Under the pieces are notes generated by a model. The model saw only the letters and a list, made by a program, of their open reading frames with translations. It searched no databases and had not been told where the DNA came from. From an uncultured bacterium (GTDB lineage: Bacteria; Oederibacteriota; JAAXVQ01; JAUVAV01): a stretch of 64,000 nt of DNA. Within the stretch, counting starts at the first letter, position 1. Every line of letters begins with the position of its first letter. This document shows, piece by piece, positions 40,204 through 49,747 of the stretch. Position numbers and translations under genes: made by a program. The stretch is from the NCBI GenBank assembly GCA_963710755.1, contig CAVQBK010000001.1, positions 256,001 to 320,000 of the forward strand. The letters run 5' to 3'.

Positions 40204-42144
40204 TCATAGCGCTGTTGATTTGGCATCCATCACATCTTTAATGCGGCTGATAAGGCTATCCATGGCCATGGCGCCCAAATTCTGACCGGTACGCAGGCGT
40301 ACGGCAGCGGTGTGGCTCTCCATTTCCTTATCCCCTATAACTAACATATAAGGGATTTTCTCCAATTGCGCGTCCCTGATTTTAGAGTTTATTTTCTCGC
40401 TCCTTAGATCACTGTCCACACGTAAACCTGCAGATTTCAATTCCTGCTGAATTTTCAGCGCTGCATCATGGTGCCTATCGGCAATGGTCATGACCCGGGC
40501 TTGGACCGGCGCCAGCCATACTGGAAAGGCACCACCATAATGTTCGATTAGGATTCCAAAAAATCTTTCTAACGAACCCATTAATGCCCGGTGTATCATA
40601 ATCGGCCGGTGTGTCATCCCATCGGCGCCAATATAACTCATGTCAAACCGGGCAGGTTCGTTGAAATCCACTTGAATCGTGGAACATTGCCAGGTACGGT
40701 CCAGACAATCCTTTATTTTGATATCTATTTTGGGACCATAAAAAGCGCCGCCACCGTCGTCCACGCCATATGCTAGTCCGGAAACCTCCAACGCCCTTTT
40801 CAAAGCAGCTGTGGCCTCTTCCCAGATCTCGTCATCCCCCACGGTGTCCTTTGCTGGTTTGGTGGACAAATAAATTTCAAATTCTTCAAATCCGAAAGTT
40901 TTTAAAACAAAGAGTACAAACCGCAGTACTTCTTCAATTTCCCCTTCCAATTGTTCCCTGGTGCAGAAAATATGGGCATCATCCTGAGTAAACCCGCGCA
41001 CACGGAACAAGCCGTGCAATACGCCGGATTTTTCATACCGATAAACCGTTCCCAGTTCCGCCCAACGCAGCGGCAGTTGCTTGTAACTTTTTAACCCATT
41101 TTTATAAATGTTGATATGAAAAGGACAATTCATAGGTTTGATATAGTAATCCTGGTCATCTATTTTCATAGCGGTATACATAGAATCTTTGTAAAAAGAC
41201 AAATGCCCCGATGTCTCCCAAAGCGTCGCACGGCCTATATGAGGTGTATTCAACAAATCATAGCCGTTGTTCAAATGCTCATTTCGCCAAAAATCTTCCA
41301 TGATCTTCCTGATCAAAGCACCCTTGGGATGCCAATAAACCAGTCCGCCGCCTGCTTCTTCCTGAAGAGAAAACAAATCCAAGGCCGTTCCCAGCTTGCG
41401 ATGATCCCTCTTTTTGGCTTCTTCCAAACGGGTCAGGTGTTCCTCCAAAGCTTGGGCTTTGTCAAAGCTGGTACCATATATACGCTGTAGCATTTTATTG
41501 TGTTCATCGCCACGCCAATAGGCCCCCGCAATAGAGAGCAGTTTAAAGGCTTTGAGCACGCCTGTCTGCGGCACATGAGGACCGCGGCACAGATCCACGA
41601 AATCGCCTAATTCATAAAGCGATACCGTTTCATCCTCAAGAGCGTCAATAAGTTCCACCTTATAAGTCTCCCCCATGGCCGCAAACTTTTCCCGGGCCTG
41701 CTGGCGGCTTATTTCATGACGCTTGATTTTATGCTTTTCCTTGACCAATTCCTTCATCTTAACTTCGATGCGTGCCAAATCCTCAGGCACAAACTTCTCT
41801 TCTCTGTCAAAGTCATAATAAAAACCTTCCTTGATAGAAGGTCCGATGGTTACCTTGGTTTCAGGATAAAGGGCTTTCACTGCAGCTGCCATCAAATGCG
41901 CCGTGGAATGCCAAAAAATACGTTTTCCCTCCTGACTCGCAAAATCCAACACTTGCACCTCAGCCCTATCTTCCTTGATCGTGCTGAATAAATCTACGTC
42001 CTGACCGTTAACTTTTAATGCCAAGGCAGTTGCATAGGCTGAGGAATCAAGTTGTTTTAAAGCATCCCCATATGTAGTACCTTTGGGGACCATCAGACTT
42101 TTACTCCCCAAGGTGATGGTGGCCTCACTGTTTTCTATTGTCAT
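40204..42144 (-). CDS. thrS: Threonine--tRNA ligase
   Basis: HSTAH, DLCRGPH, RDHRKLG, KPMNCP, RVRGFTQDDAH and GAFYGPKID. Confidence 0.98.
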   Translation of the reverse strand: MTIENSEATITLGSKSLMVPKGTTYGDALKQLDSSAYATALALKVNGQDVDLFSTIKEDRAEVQVLDFASQEGKRIFWHSTAHLMAAAVKALYPETKVTIGPSIKEGFYYDFDREEKFVPEDLARIEVKMKELVKEKHKIKRHEISRQQAREKFAAMGETYKVELIDALEDETVSLYELGDFVDLCRGPHVPQTGVLKAFKLLSIAGAYWRGDEHNKMLQRIYGTSFDKAQALEEHLTRLEEAKKRDHRKLGTALDLFSLQEEAGGGLVYWHPKGALIRKIMEDFWRNEHLNNGYDLLNTPHIGRATLWETSGHLSFYKDSMYTAMKIDDQDYYIKPMNCPFHINIYKNGLKSYKQLPLRWAELGTVYRYEKSGVLHGLFRVRGFTQDDAHIFCTREQLEGEIEEVLRFVLFVLKTFGFEEFEIYLSTKPAKDTVGDDEIWEEATAALKRALEVSGLAYGVDDGGGAFYGPKIDIKIKDCLDRTWQCSTIQVDFNEPARFDMSYIGADGMTHRPIMIHRALMGSLERFFGILIEHYGGAFPVWLAPVQARVMTIADRHHDAALKIQQELKSAGLRVDSDLRSEKINSKIRDAQLEKIPYMLVIGDKEMESHTAAVRLRTGQNLGAMAMDSLISRIKDVMDAKSTAL

Positions 42145-42221
42145 ATCCAGCTCCCTTTAAAAAAATACCTTGTCCTGATCGTTTATGTTTTGCAGCAGGG
42201 TCCTCAGGTCATCAAGGTCAT

Positions 42222-43040
42222 TTATGATCGTTTTTGCCTTAAATATTGTTGAATTGTCCGTTCCAGGAAATATTGAAACAACCCTATAAATACATAAAGC
42301 AGCATAATTAAAAATACAATATTTTCAAGCGGCAGCAACAGCGACAACACGGCAAAAAATAGTATTACCCCCGCCAAAATCATGAAATTCCGCCGATTGA
42401 CTCGTTTAAAAGCTGGAAAAGGAATTCGGCTCACCATTAAAAACGCCAATCCTATCATGAGACAAGCAAAAAAGGCACTGCCCAGCTCGGGTGAAATGGA
42501 CGAAAAAGAGCGCCCAATCAAGGCGGGCGCGATACTTTGGGCATGATCCTTGTCGACCAGCACAAGGGTACAGATAAACACCGCAGCGGCCGGTATTGGC
42601 AGACCGGTGAAGTGAGTATAGTTGTGTTCATGATCCTGAACAGCTTCACAGTTAAACCGGGCCAGACGCCAAGCGCCGGCCATCAAAAACAATCCAACGG
42701 CCAGCAGACGGAGCCAATTCACGGTAGGCTGTAAAACCGTGACATAAGCTATAATCACCGGCGCCATGCCAAAGGAGACAAAATCCGTCAATGAATCAAT
42801 CTTTACGCCAAAATGGCTTTCCGTATGTGTCCAGCGCGCCACCTTGCCGTCAAGAAAATCAAAGACCATGGCAGCAATGATCAACCAGGCAGATAAAAAA
42901 TATTTGGAGCCGGGTTGGGGATCGCCAAATATTTCCAGGGCAATGATAATAGCCAGAAGGCCGCAGACCAGATTAAAGGCGGTCATCATATTTGGCAGGA
43001 TATAGGCGCTGTTTTTCAGCAGCTTTTGGTTAGTTGCCAT
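42222..43040 (-). CDS. pssA: CDP-diacylglycerol--serine O-phosphatidyltransferase
   Basis: DFLDGKVAR...FG..IDSLTD, RLARFN and FTGLPIP. Confidence 0.93.
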   Translation of the reverse strand: MATNQKLLKNSAYILPNMMTAFNLVCGLLAIIIALEIFGDPQPGSKYFLSAWLIIAAMVFDFLDGKVARWTHTESHFGVKIDSLTDFVSFGMAPVIIAYVTVLQPTVNWLRLLAVGLFLMAGAWRLARFNCEAVQDHEHNYTHFTGLPIPAAAVFICTLVLVDKDHAQSIAPALIGRSFSSISPELGSAFFACLMIGLAFLMVSRIPFPAFKRVNRRNFMILAGVILFFAVLSLLLPLENIVFLIMLLYVFIGLFQYFLERTIQQYLRQKRS

Positions 43041-43707
43041 CAGACCAATTCCCCAGTACGGTTTGGCCGGCGCTGACCTTGTCTCCTCTTTTAACCGTCA
43101 ACTTGGTCTGTACCGGCAAATATAAATCGATCTCCGACCCAAGGGTAATCATGCCGATCTTGGTATTGCGCATCACTTGATGGGGCTCGTTGGGCAGCCA
43201 GCACAACGTACGCCGTGCCAATAAGCCTGCAATTTGGATCAGGGTCAGTTTGATCCCGTTTTTTTCAAAGGCATAAATACGCTGCTCATTCATTTTGGCG
43301 GCCCGCTGATCAAAAGCCGGAAGGTATTTGCCTGGGTAGTGTTTTTGCCAAAGAAAACGGGCCTCTATTGGCATACGCTGGATATGCACATTGCCGATAT
43401 GCATGAAGATGGCAATGCGCCATGCTTTTCCCTGAATATGCCGAGGCTCCTCGGTTAGTTCCACCGCCACCACCTGACCGTCAGCCGGCGAGAGAATATT
43501 ATCTGCTGGCGCGGAACTATGGCGGTGCGGATCGCGGTAAAATACCAACAGCTGGACCATACCCGCCAGCCCCATGGTTAAGCAACCCATTCCCCAGATT
43601 ATCTTGCCGTCCTTATGATGCCAGTTGAAAGCCAATAAAGCTAATCCGGCCGCCACTATTACCATGGCTATATAAAGCGGCTTTTTTATCTCTTTAGCCC
43701 AGGTCAT
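43030..43707 (-). CDS. psd: Phosphatidylserine decarboxylase proenzyme
   Basis: SPADG.V, IAIFM..NVH, QIAGLLARR and the LGSEID cleavage motif; adjacent to pssA. Confidence 0.92.
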   Translation of the reverse strand: MTWAKEIKKPLYIAMVIVAAGLALLAFNWHHKDGKIIWGMGCLTMGLAGMVQLLVFYRDPHRHSSAPADNILSPADGQVVAVELTEEPRHIQGKAWRIAIFMHIGNVHIQRMPIEARFLWQKHYPGKYLPAFDQRAAKMNEQRIYAFEKNGIKLTLIQIAGLLARRTLCWLPNEPHQVMRNTKIGMITLGSEIDLYLPVQTKLTVKRGDKVSAGQTVLGNWSDGN

Positions 43708-43710
43708 CGG

Positions 43711-44295
43711 TTAGCCGTTTTCCTTCCAAAGCTCAGTGAACTTGACTTTGTTCTGCTGGTTAACCATATCATCAGGATGGGTAAACCACGCCCAAGCACT
43801 CCAGTGATGGTCATCTATAAAAAGCGCTTTTTCTGAAAAAGCAGCATAGGGACGGCCAAAAGCGCGGTCAAAGGCTTGGACCACCTCGGGATAATTCCCG
43901 TCACAGATAAGAAGATAAGCATATTCATATAGACGCACCAATTTGAAAGCTATCAGGGTTTCACCGCTCATCATCTCGCCACGGGTAGCTTGATGGTTGA
44001 ATACCCAGTGGGAAGCTTCCAACTCTTCTTCTTCCTGGGACAATTGTAATTCACCAATCGCACGGGCAATCTCGTCTTCGGTAAAATAAGGCAATTGGTT
44101 AATCAATTGAGTTAATTCTTCCGGCCGGTCAGGTCGGTAAATCGCCGTAGCCTCTGCTGCCAGTTCTTTTTCTTTAAGAATGGTGCGCCGGACCAGGCCA
44201 TACAAATCGGAACGCAGTTCTTTTTCCAGCTCCTTGGCCTCGGGCATGATTTTACTGATCATTTGCCATTGTGATTCATCTTTTGATTCTGCCAT
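43711..44295 (-). CDS. Hypothetical protein
   Basis: Long ORF abutting psd; ATG 44295 after GGAG. Confidence 0.7.
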   Translation of the reverse strand: MAESKDESQWQMISKIMPEAKELEKELRSDLYGLVRRTILKEKELAAEATAIYRPDRPEELTQLINQLPYFTEDEIARAIGELQLSQEEEELEASHWVFNHQATRGEMMSGETLIAFKLVRLYEYAYLLICDGNYPEVVQAFDRAFGRPYAAFSEKALFIDDHHWSAWAWFTHPDDMVNQQNKVKFTELWKENG

Positions 44296-44469
44296 TGCTC
44301 CAACCCTTTGCGCGGATAGCAAGTAGGGTACAGGCATCCCCCATGTGCCGGACAAATAGCCTATACCCTACTGAAACATTTTTTATTAATCTGCTTAATC
44401 TAAAACGGCCTTTTCGCCATATAAATTATCGAAGGACAGGCCAACCTGGTTGTTGGTTTTATACCCGGT

Positions 44470-45228
44470 TTAATTTTGACTTTCCTGCAGTTGCTGCATC
44501 ACTTCATCGGGGATGTCAAAATTGGAATGGACATTTTGAACATCATCCTGGTCTTCAACCGCATCCATAAATTTCATCAACTGTTCGGCAATTTTGACGT
44601 CGTCGACGTTAACCGTATTTTTGGGCACCATAGTAACTTCCGCCGATTCTGCTTCCACCTTGGCTTTCACTGCTTCGTAAACAGCTTCGAAATCCGAAGG
44701 CTCTGTGACCACCGTAAAGTTTTCCTCATCATTTTGAATGTCTTCAGCTCCGGCTTCCAGCGCCAGATTCATCAGTTCATCCTCATTGATGGCTTCTTTT
44801 TTAATGACAATCTGTCCTTTTTTTTCGAACATCCAGGCAACACTTCCCGGTTCGCCCATGCTGCCGTTGCGTTTATTGAAAATGGATCTGATTTCGGATG
44901 CTGTCCGATTCTTATTGTCCGTAGTCGTCTCGATCATGACAGCCACTCCACCAGGGGCATAACCTTCGTAAATGATATCTTCGTAACTTTCGCCGGCAAG
45001 TTCCCCTGTCCCCTTCATGATGGCTCGTTTGACATTATCCGCCGGCATATTGACGGCTTTGGCTGCCAAAACAGCGCTTCGCAACCGGGGATTCATATCG
45101 GGATTGCCACCGCCTTGCTTGGCAGCTTGAATTATTTCCTTGGTAACCTTAGTAAAGGCCTTTCCTTTTTTGGCATCCACGGCTGCTTTAGACCGCCTGA
45201 TCGTCGCCCATTTGGAATGTCCTGACAT
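44470..45228 (-). CDS. yebC: YebC/PmpR family protein
   Basis: [27 protein letters not shown] and DDVQNVHSN. Confidence 0.96.
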   Translation of the reverse strand: MSGHSKWATIRRSKAAVDAKKGKAFTKVTKEIIQAAKQGGGNPDMNPRLRSAVLAAKAVNMPADNVKRAIMKGTGELAGESYEDIIYEGYAPGGVAVMIETTTDNKNRTASEIRSIFNKRNGSMGEPGSVAWMFEKKGQIVIKKEAINEDELMNLALEAGAEDIQNDEENFTVVTEPSDFEAVYEAVKAKVEAESAEVTMVPKNTVNVDDVKIAEQLMKFMDAVEDQDDVQNVHSNFDIPDEVMQQLQESQN

Positions 45229-45374
45229 TGGTTCAAAACTCCCTTCACAAGTGAAAATTATCAGAATTATACGATTTTCAGGCCAAAAGTAAAGCAAAAA
45301 GCCGTTTCAGACAAGGGCTTCATAGATCCATTTACCTGCAGGCCCAACGGTTCAACCAGGGCGGTGTTGACCTC

Positions 45375-45423
45375 TGTAGGGACACGGCTTTCCTCTTCGA
45401 AAAACAAGTGACGTATCCCTACA
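45375..45423. repeat. GTAG-type REP-like inverted repeat
   Basis: TGTAGGGACACG ... CGTATCCCTACA (11/12 complementary). Confidence 0.55.
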
Positions 45424-45522
45424 ATTACGGCTTGGCGCAAGCATTTTTAACCATGAGTGAAGGCTTTGGTTGCCTCCGTCTAAATTCCGGTCTGTTATTT
45501 AGTTATTTTTAACATTTGTCAG

Positions 45523-45551
45523 TTGACATATATTATAATTTTATATATTAT
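45523..45551 (+). promoter_or_regulatory. Near-consensus sigma70 promoter
   Basis: TTGACA-17 nt-TATTAT, followed by AGGAGGTGA SD. Confidence 0.75.
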
Positions 45552-45573
45552 ATTATTCTATAGGAGGTGAACC

Positions 45574-45744
45574 ATGATCGTTAACTTTTATCTTTCCGAT
45601 CAGGATTCCGAGTTGGTAAACAAATTAAAGAGCATTTCCGACAAAAAACGTCGGAGTTTTAGTTTTGTGGTGCGTGAAGCCTTGGAATATTACTTGCATT
45701 CCTCAACTTTGAAGAGCCAACCGAAAAAAAAGGAGGCACAGTAA
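45574..45744 (+). CDS. Ribbon-helix-helix (CopG-like) protein, 56 aa (not in ORF track)
   Basis: MIVNFYLSDQDSELVNKLKSISDKKRRSFSFVVREALEYYL; strong SD; TAATG coupling to next gene. Confidence 0.8.
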   Translation: MIVNFYLSDQDSELVNKLKSISDKKRRSFSFVVREALEYYLHSSTLKSQPKKKEAQ

Positions 45745-46103
45745 TGAAAGGACCGAACAAGTTGGAAAAACGCGTTAAAGTGGATTTGCCGATTAATGTG
45801 TCCATTGACGATCAGACCCTGAGGGACAAAGTCGCTACCAAAGGCCGGGTCAAGGATCTGAGCATTAATGGTATGAAGCTTTCCCTGCCGCTGGCGTTTG
45901 GGATGATCAATGAGGAACATCTGGATTTTGACTTGGACTTGCCCAATCCCTTTTCCAAGATCAAAGGACGTGGCAAAGTACAATGGAAACAATGGGATGA
46001 AGACAAAAATTGTTTTCAATTCGGGTTGGCACTGGAGCCTATGACCCTCAGGCAATTGAGTGATCTTGACTGTATTGTGAACGAGTTAAGCGAAGAGGAG
46101 TAA
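45744..46103 (+). CDS. PilZ-domain protein
   Basis: EKRV...DLSINGMKL...GKVQW...FGL; first RxxxR motif degenerate. Confidence 0.8.
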   Translation: MKGPNKLEKRVKVDLPINVSIDDQTLRDKVATKGRVKDLSINGMKLSLPLAFGMINEEHLDFDLDLPNPFSKIKGRGKVQWKQWDEDKNCFQFGLALEPMTLRQLSDLDCIVNELSEEE

Positions 46104-46522
46104 AATTTCCGGAATTGAACTGGGGCAAATTCATCAACCCTTACGTGTAATCATCCAAACTTAATCGCACCATCATGGTCAGATCGGCATGATCGCGGGG
46201 CGGGTAAAGGCATTATGTCTCAAGACTTATCTTTTTTTTTTGAAAACTACCCCGTTAGGTCTATGCAGAAAGTATCTGCGAAAAGGACTATTTTTTTACC
46301 TTTCCGCAAACTAAGGCTGCCCTCCTCCGGCCGCCTTCTTTCGAAATAGACCTAACAAATAAATAAGCAACATAAATAGCTCAGCCTGCCGTCGCATGGT
46401 TTTCTCAAATGTGCTGACAGTGCTTGTCAGATCAAGTTTGAGCTATTGCACCTTAATAATATTTTACCGACCGGGTTACCACGATGCGCCCTGCAGTGTC
46501 AAGACCATACGGCAGGGCGTTT

Positions 46523-48157
46523 CTATAAGCGATAGTGGTCGTTTTGCTGACAGAAATAAACGACCTCATCCATCTGTCTGAGCTTTTCTTCTTCCGGCCA
46601 AGCAAGAAGTTCCGCCATCCTATCCACCACCTGTTTCGCCACTTCCCGCCCGTGTTGTTTGTCCAGATAAAATAGCCGCGTACGGCGCATAATAAAATCG
46701 GCTGCCGATACGACCATTTCGTTTGCTACCGTATAATCTACCTCCGCCAGAATCACTGCTCCGCCAGGGTGCAGCAACTGGCCGAGCCGTTCATTCCCGG
46801 CAACCAAGGCTGCAATTTCCTTGGTCTGAGTGCCATAACGTCGTACCAGGGCTTCTATCAACGGCTGCTCCCAGTTGGTCGTGGCCTGCAAATGCGATTC
46901 CACTTCCTGCAAGTCTCCCTGCGACCCTGCCATGGGCGCCAAGGGGGGCAACCGATAATGGCCATTAAGCCGAGCGAATTTCTTATGGACTTTTTTCATC
47001 AGGTCATCAGCCATTTTGATATAAGTGGTTAGTTTTCCGCCAATGATATTAAATAAATCCCCGGGATCCTCAAACAGCTCATGTTCCCTGCTAACTTCCG
47101 AGGCATGAACACTTTTTTTCAAGACCAAGGGACGCAAGCCGGCCATTGTGCTGATAATATCGCTCGTCGTTAAACCGGCAGCAGGAAAAGCGGCGTTAAA
47201 GGATTTCAACAGATAGTCAATTTCCCTACTGGTGGCGTGCACGTCGTCAATGACTTGGTGGTAGTCATCATCAGTGGTGCCCAGCAAAGTCATCTTTTCC
47301 CATGGAATAGCAAACATGGCCCGGCCGTCAATGGCTGAAAAAACCATCACCGCTTCCCGGATGGGGAGTTTTGATCGCGGTATAATCACATGAACACCTT
47401 TGGTATTGCGTACCCTCGGGACAATCACCTGATCTGAGGTTAACTGACGGACCTGATCGCTCCATGCACCGGTAGCATTAACAAAAACATGGGCATTAAT
47501 GATATAGCTCTTTTTAGACAATTTATCCTGTCCGATCATATTTTGAACCTTATGCTGTTGTATATTAATTTTATTGATTTCAAAGTAGTTAAGAATATGC
47601 GCTTGGTGTTGCACTGCTGTCCAGAGCGAGGCCAGCACCAACCGGCAGTCATCACCTTGGGCGTCATAATAATTGGCGGCTGATTTCAACCCTTCCTGCT
47701 TCAGCCCCGGTAATTTGGACTCCAGCTTGTTCTTTGACAACATGTGATGACGGCCAATAGGATGAAGGCCACAAAGGAGGTCATAAAAATTAAGCCCCAG
47801 CTGTAATTTCAAATATCCATCCGGTGAATCCTTATAAATGGGCAATACGAAAGGCAGACGGTGGACAATATGCGGAGCATTTTTCAACAAATAATAGCGT
47901 TCTTTTAAGGCTGTATGCACCAACCCAAAATCATAATGCTGCAGGTAGCGAAGCCCGCCGTGGACCAGTTTGGAAGATTGACTGCTGGTGCCCGAGGCAA
48001 AATCGTTTTTTTCTACCAGCAGCACTTTCAGTCCCAAACGGGCAGCCTGCATGGCAATGCCGGCTCCCGTAATACCACCGCCCATGATGGCCAGGTCGTA
48101 GGTGGTGCTTTGCAATTGATCAATCCAAGCCTGCCGTGTTTTAAGTGAACAATTCAT
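46523..48157 (-). CDS. glpD: FAD glycerol-3-phosphate dehydrogenase/oxidase
   Basis: GGGITGAG, DFASGTSS.SSKLVHGGLRYL, KGVH, GLRPL, SREH and GGKLTTY. Confidence 0.93.
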   Translation of the reverse strand: MNCSLKTRQAWIDQLQSTTYDLAIMGGGITGAGIAMQAARLGLKVLLVEKNDFASGTSSQSSKLVHGGLRYLQHYDFGLVHTALKERYYLLKNAPHIVHRLPFVLPIYKDSPDGYLKLQLGLNFYDLLCGLHPIGRHHMLSKNKLESKLPGLKQEGLKSAANYYDAQGDDCRLVLASLWTAVQHQAHILNYFEINKINIQQHKVQNMIGQDKLSKKSYIINAHVFVNATGAWSDQVRQLTSDQVIVPRVRNTKGVHVIIPRSKLPIREAVMVFSAIDGRAMFAIPWEKMTLLGTTDDDYHQVIDDVHATSREIDYLLKSFNAAFPAAGLTTSDIISTMAGLRPLVLKKSVHASEVSREHELFEDPGDLFNIIGGKLTTYIKMADDLMKKVHKKFARLNGHYRLPPLAPMAGSQGDLQEVESHLQATTNWEQPLIEALVRRYGTQTKEIAALVAGNERLGQLLHPGGAVILAEVDYTVANEMVVSAADFIMRRTRLFYLDKQHGREVAKQVVDRMAELLAWPEEEKLRQMDEVVYFCQQNDHYRL

Positions 48158-48251
48158 GGCTTCCTACTTTCCACTGCGAAATGGTTAAGATGACCTATCA
48201 TGATCTTCCCCTATCCCGAAAACTAATCAAGTCCCTTCACCTACCGGCGTT

Positions 48252-49565
48252 TTAGGTATCCTCGCCGTTGTTAAAACGTTGTTTACAAAAGGGGCAAAAT
48301 CCCTTGTGGCGGTTATCAAAAGTAACGGGCCGGCCACAATGGGGGCAGCAGGAATGATCTTCCACCACTACACACTCATAATGATCGGTCGAGGTATCCA
48401 AAAGCTGCCAGAGCAGATAAATAATGCTCAGGGCAAAAGCCGTAATCACAATGGCACGCAACATGGCAAAAAGTACATTGCCGACTTTGGATTCAGTTAA
48501 AAAGAACTGCATTTCCGGGAAATGGTTGCCCAACAACCCCACCGTAGTGATCAACCCCACGACCACCGCCACGGTGATCACGCCCCGGTCCACCCAAAGG
48601 TTAAATTGGCGATAAAGCAGTACAAAAGTCAGTACCACACCTAAATAATAAAGAATAATTTCCCAATAAAACAATTGACTGCGGATGTAATATTTCCAAA
48701 AAGACCCGTCTTTTTCTTCTTGTTCCAGCAAATGATCTATCATCGGCTGATCAACCTTGGCCCCGGCCCGGCGAAGGGTTCTGCTTACGCCATGATAATC
48801 GGCATTATCCTTTTCGTTAAATAATTCCTGAAGTGGATCCCGCAGGCGCAATTCCGACTTTTGATTGCGCCCTGCCAAGGCAAAACGCAAAGCGGTTCGG
48901 CCCTCACGATCGGCCGCTTCCACTTGGGCGCCTGCTGCAATCAGCCCTTCGGTCATAATCAACGACCCTTTTTGAGCAGCAACCATTAAAGGCGTCATGA
49001 AGCTTTTATTCCGTACATTAACATTTATATTATAGACTAACAGAACACTCACGGCTTGGGTCAAGGGGCGCTCCACCGCTTCGATCAAAAGCTTATCCAA
49101 TTTGGGGTAATCACTTTGTAAGGGAACCGCCCCACTGGCTATCAAAGTTAGCGCTGTATCAATATCATTCCAAGCCAAGGCAAAATGCATTAGATCACCG
49201 CCGCGCCTAGGTCTGTATTGCAAACCCTTGCCCGCTTTAATCAAATAATAAGCCTGTTCGTATTGCCCTTTTTTCACAGCATAGTCCAAGGCTTCAAGGC
49301 CTTCATGGTCTTTTTGTTGGACATTTATACCCATTGCAATGAGTTTTTTTAAGACTGTAGGATAATTGTATTGAGCGCAAAACATGAGCAACGTGCGGCC
49401 TTGCGAATCGGTTTGATGGATGTCCCCGCCATGTTCAAGATGGCGGAGGACTTTTTCCCACTGATTGTTAATAGCAAGTTGCCATTCCGGACCAGGCTTG
49501 GCGTGTAAAAGAAGAGGGAAAAAAAATACGGTTGAAATTAAAATTATTCCGAATCGTTTTTTCAT
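48252..49565 (-). CDS. Exported ankyrin-repeat protein with 3 TM helices and C-terminal Zn ribbon
   Basis: Signal peptide; GRTLL/TPLMVAA/GRTAL repeats; CPHCG...CPFC. Confidence 0.85.
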   Translation of the reverse strand: MKKRFGIILISTVFFFPLLLHAKPGPEWQLAINNQWEKVLRHLEHGGDIHQTDSQGRTLLMFCAQYNYPTVLKKLIAMGINVQQKDHEGLEALDYAVKKGQYEQAYYLIKAGKGLQYRPRRGGDLMHFALAWNDIDTALTLIASGAVPLQSDYPKLDKLLIEAVERPLTQAVSVLLVYNINVNVRNKSFMTPLMVAAQKGSLIMTEGLIAAGAQVEAADREGRTALRFALAGRNQKSELRLRDPLQELFNEKDNADYHGVSRTLRRAGAKVDQPMIDHLLEQEEKDGSFWKYYIRSQLFYWEIILYYLGVVLTFVLLYRQFNLWVDRGVITVAVVVGLITTVGLLGNHFPEMQFFLTESKVGNVLFAMLRAIVITAFALSIIYLLWQLLDTSTDHYECVVVEDHSCCPHCGRPVTFDNRHKGFCPFCKQRFNNGEDT

Positions 49566-49747
49566 GCTCTGCCTTCATTCAAGATATTTATCAAAGTATA
49601 TCACAAAGCCGAATAAGGGATCATCAAATTCCCTTCGGCCAGCCGCGGGTCTGCTCTACAAATCCGATAGAATTTGATAAGAAAAGAATCCATCAACATT
49701 TTCCCGTTTCACTTTTCAAGGGAACTGCCCCCGGGGATGAAAGGATT

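Noticed and set aside
42145-42221. T-box leader for thrS
   Set aside because: The 77-bp gap is too short and has no T-box consensus
44476-45225. 249-aa + strand ORF
   Set aside because: Antisense shadow of yebC; the same applies to the many other antisense ORFs inside housekeeping genes
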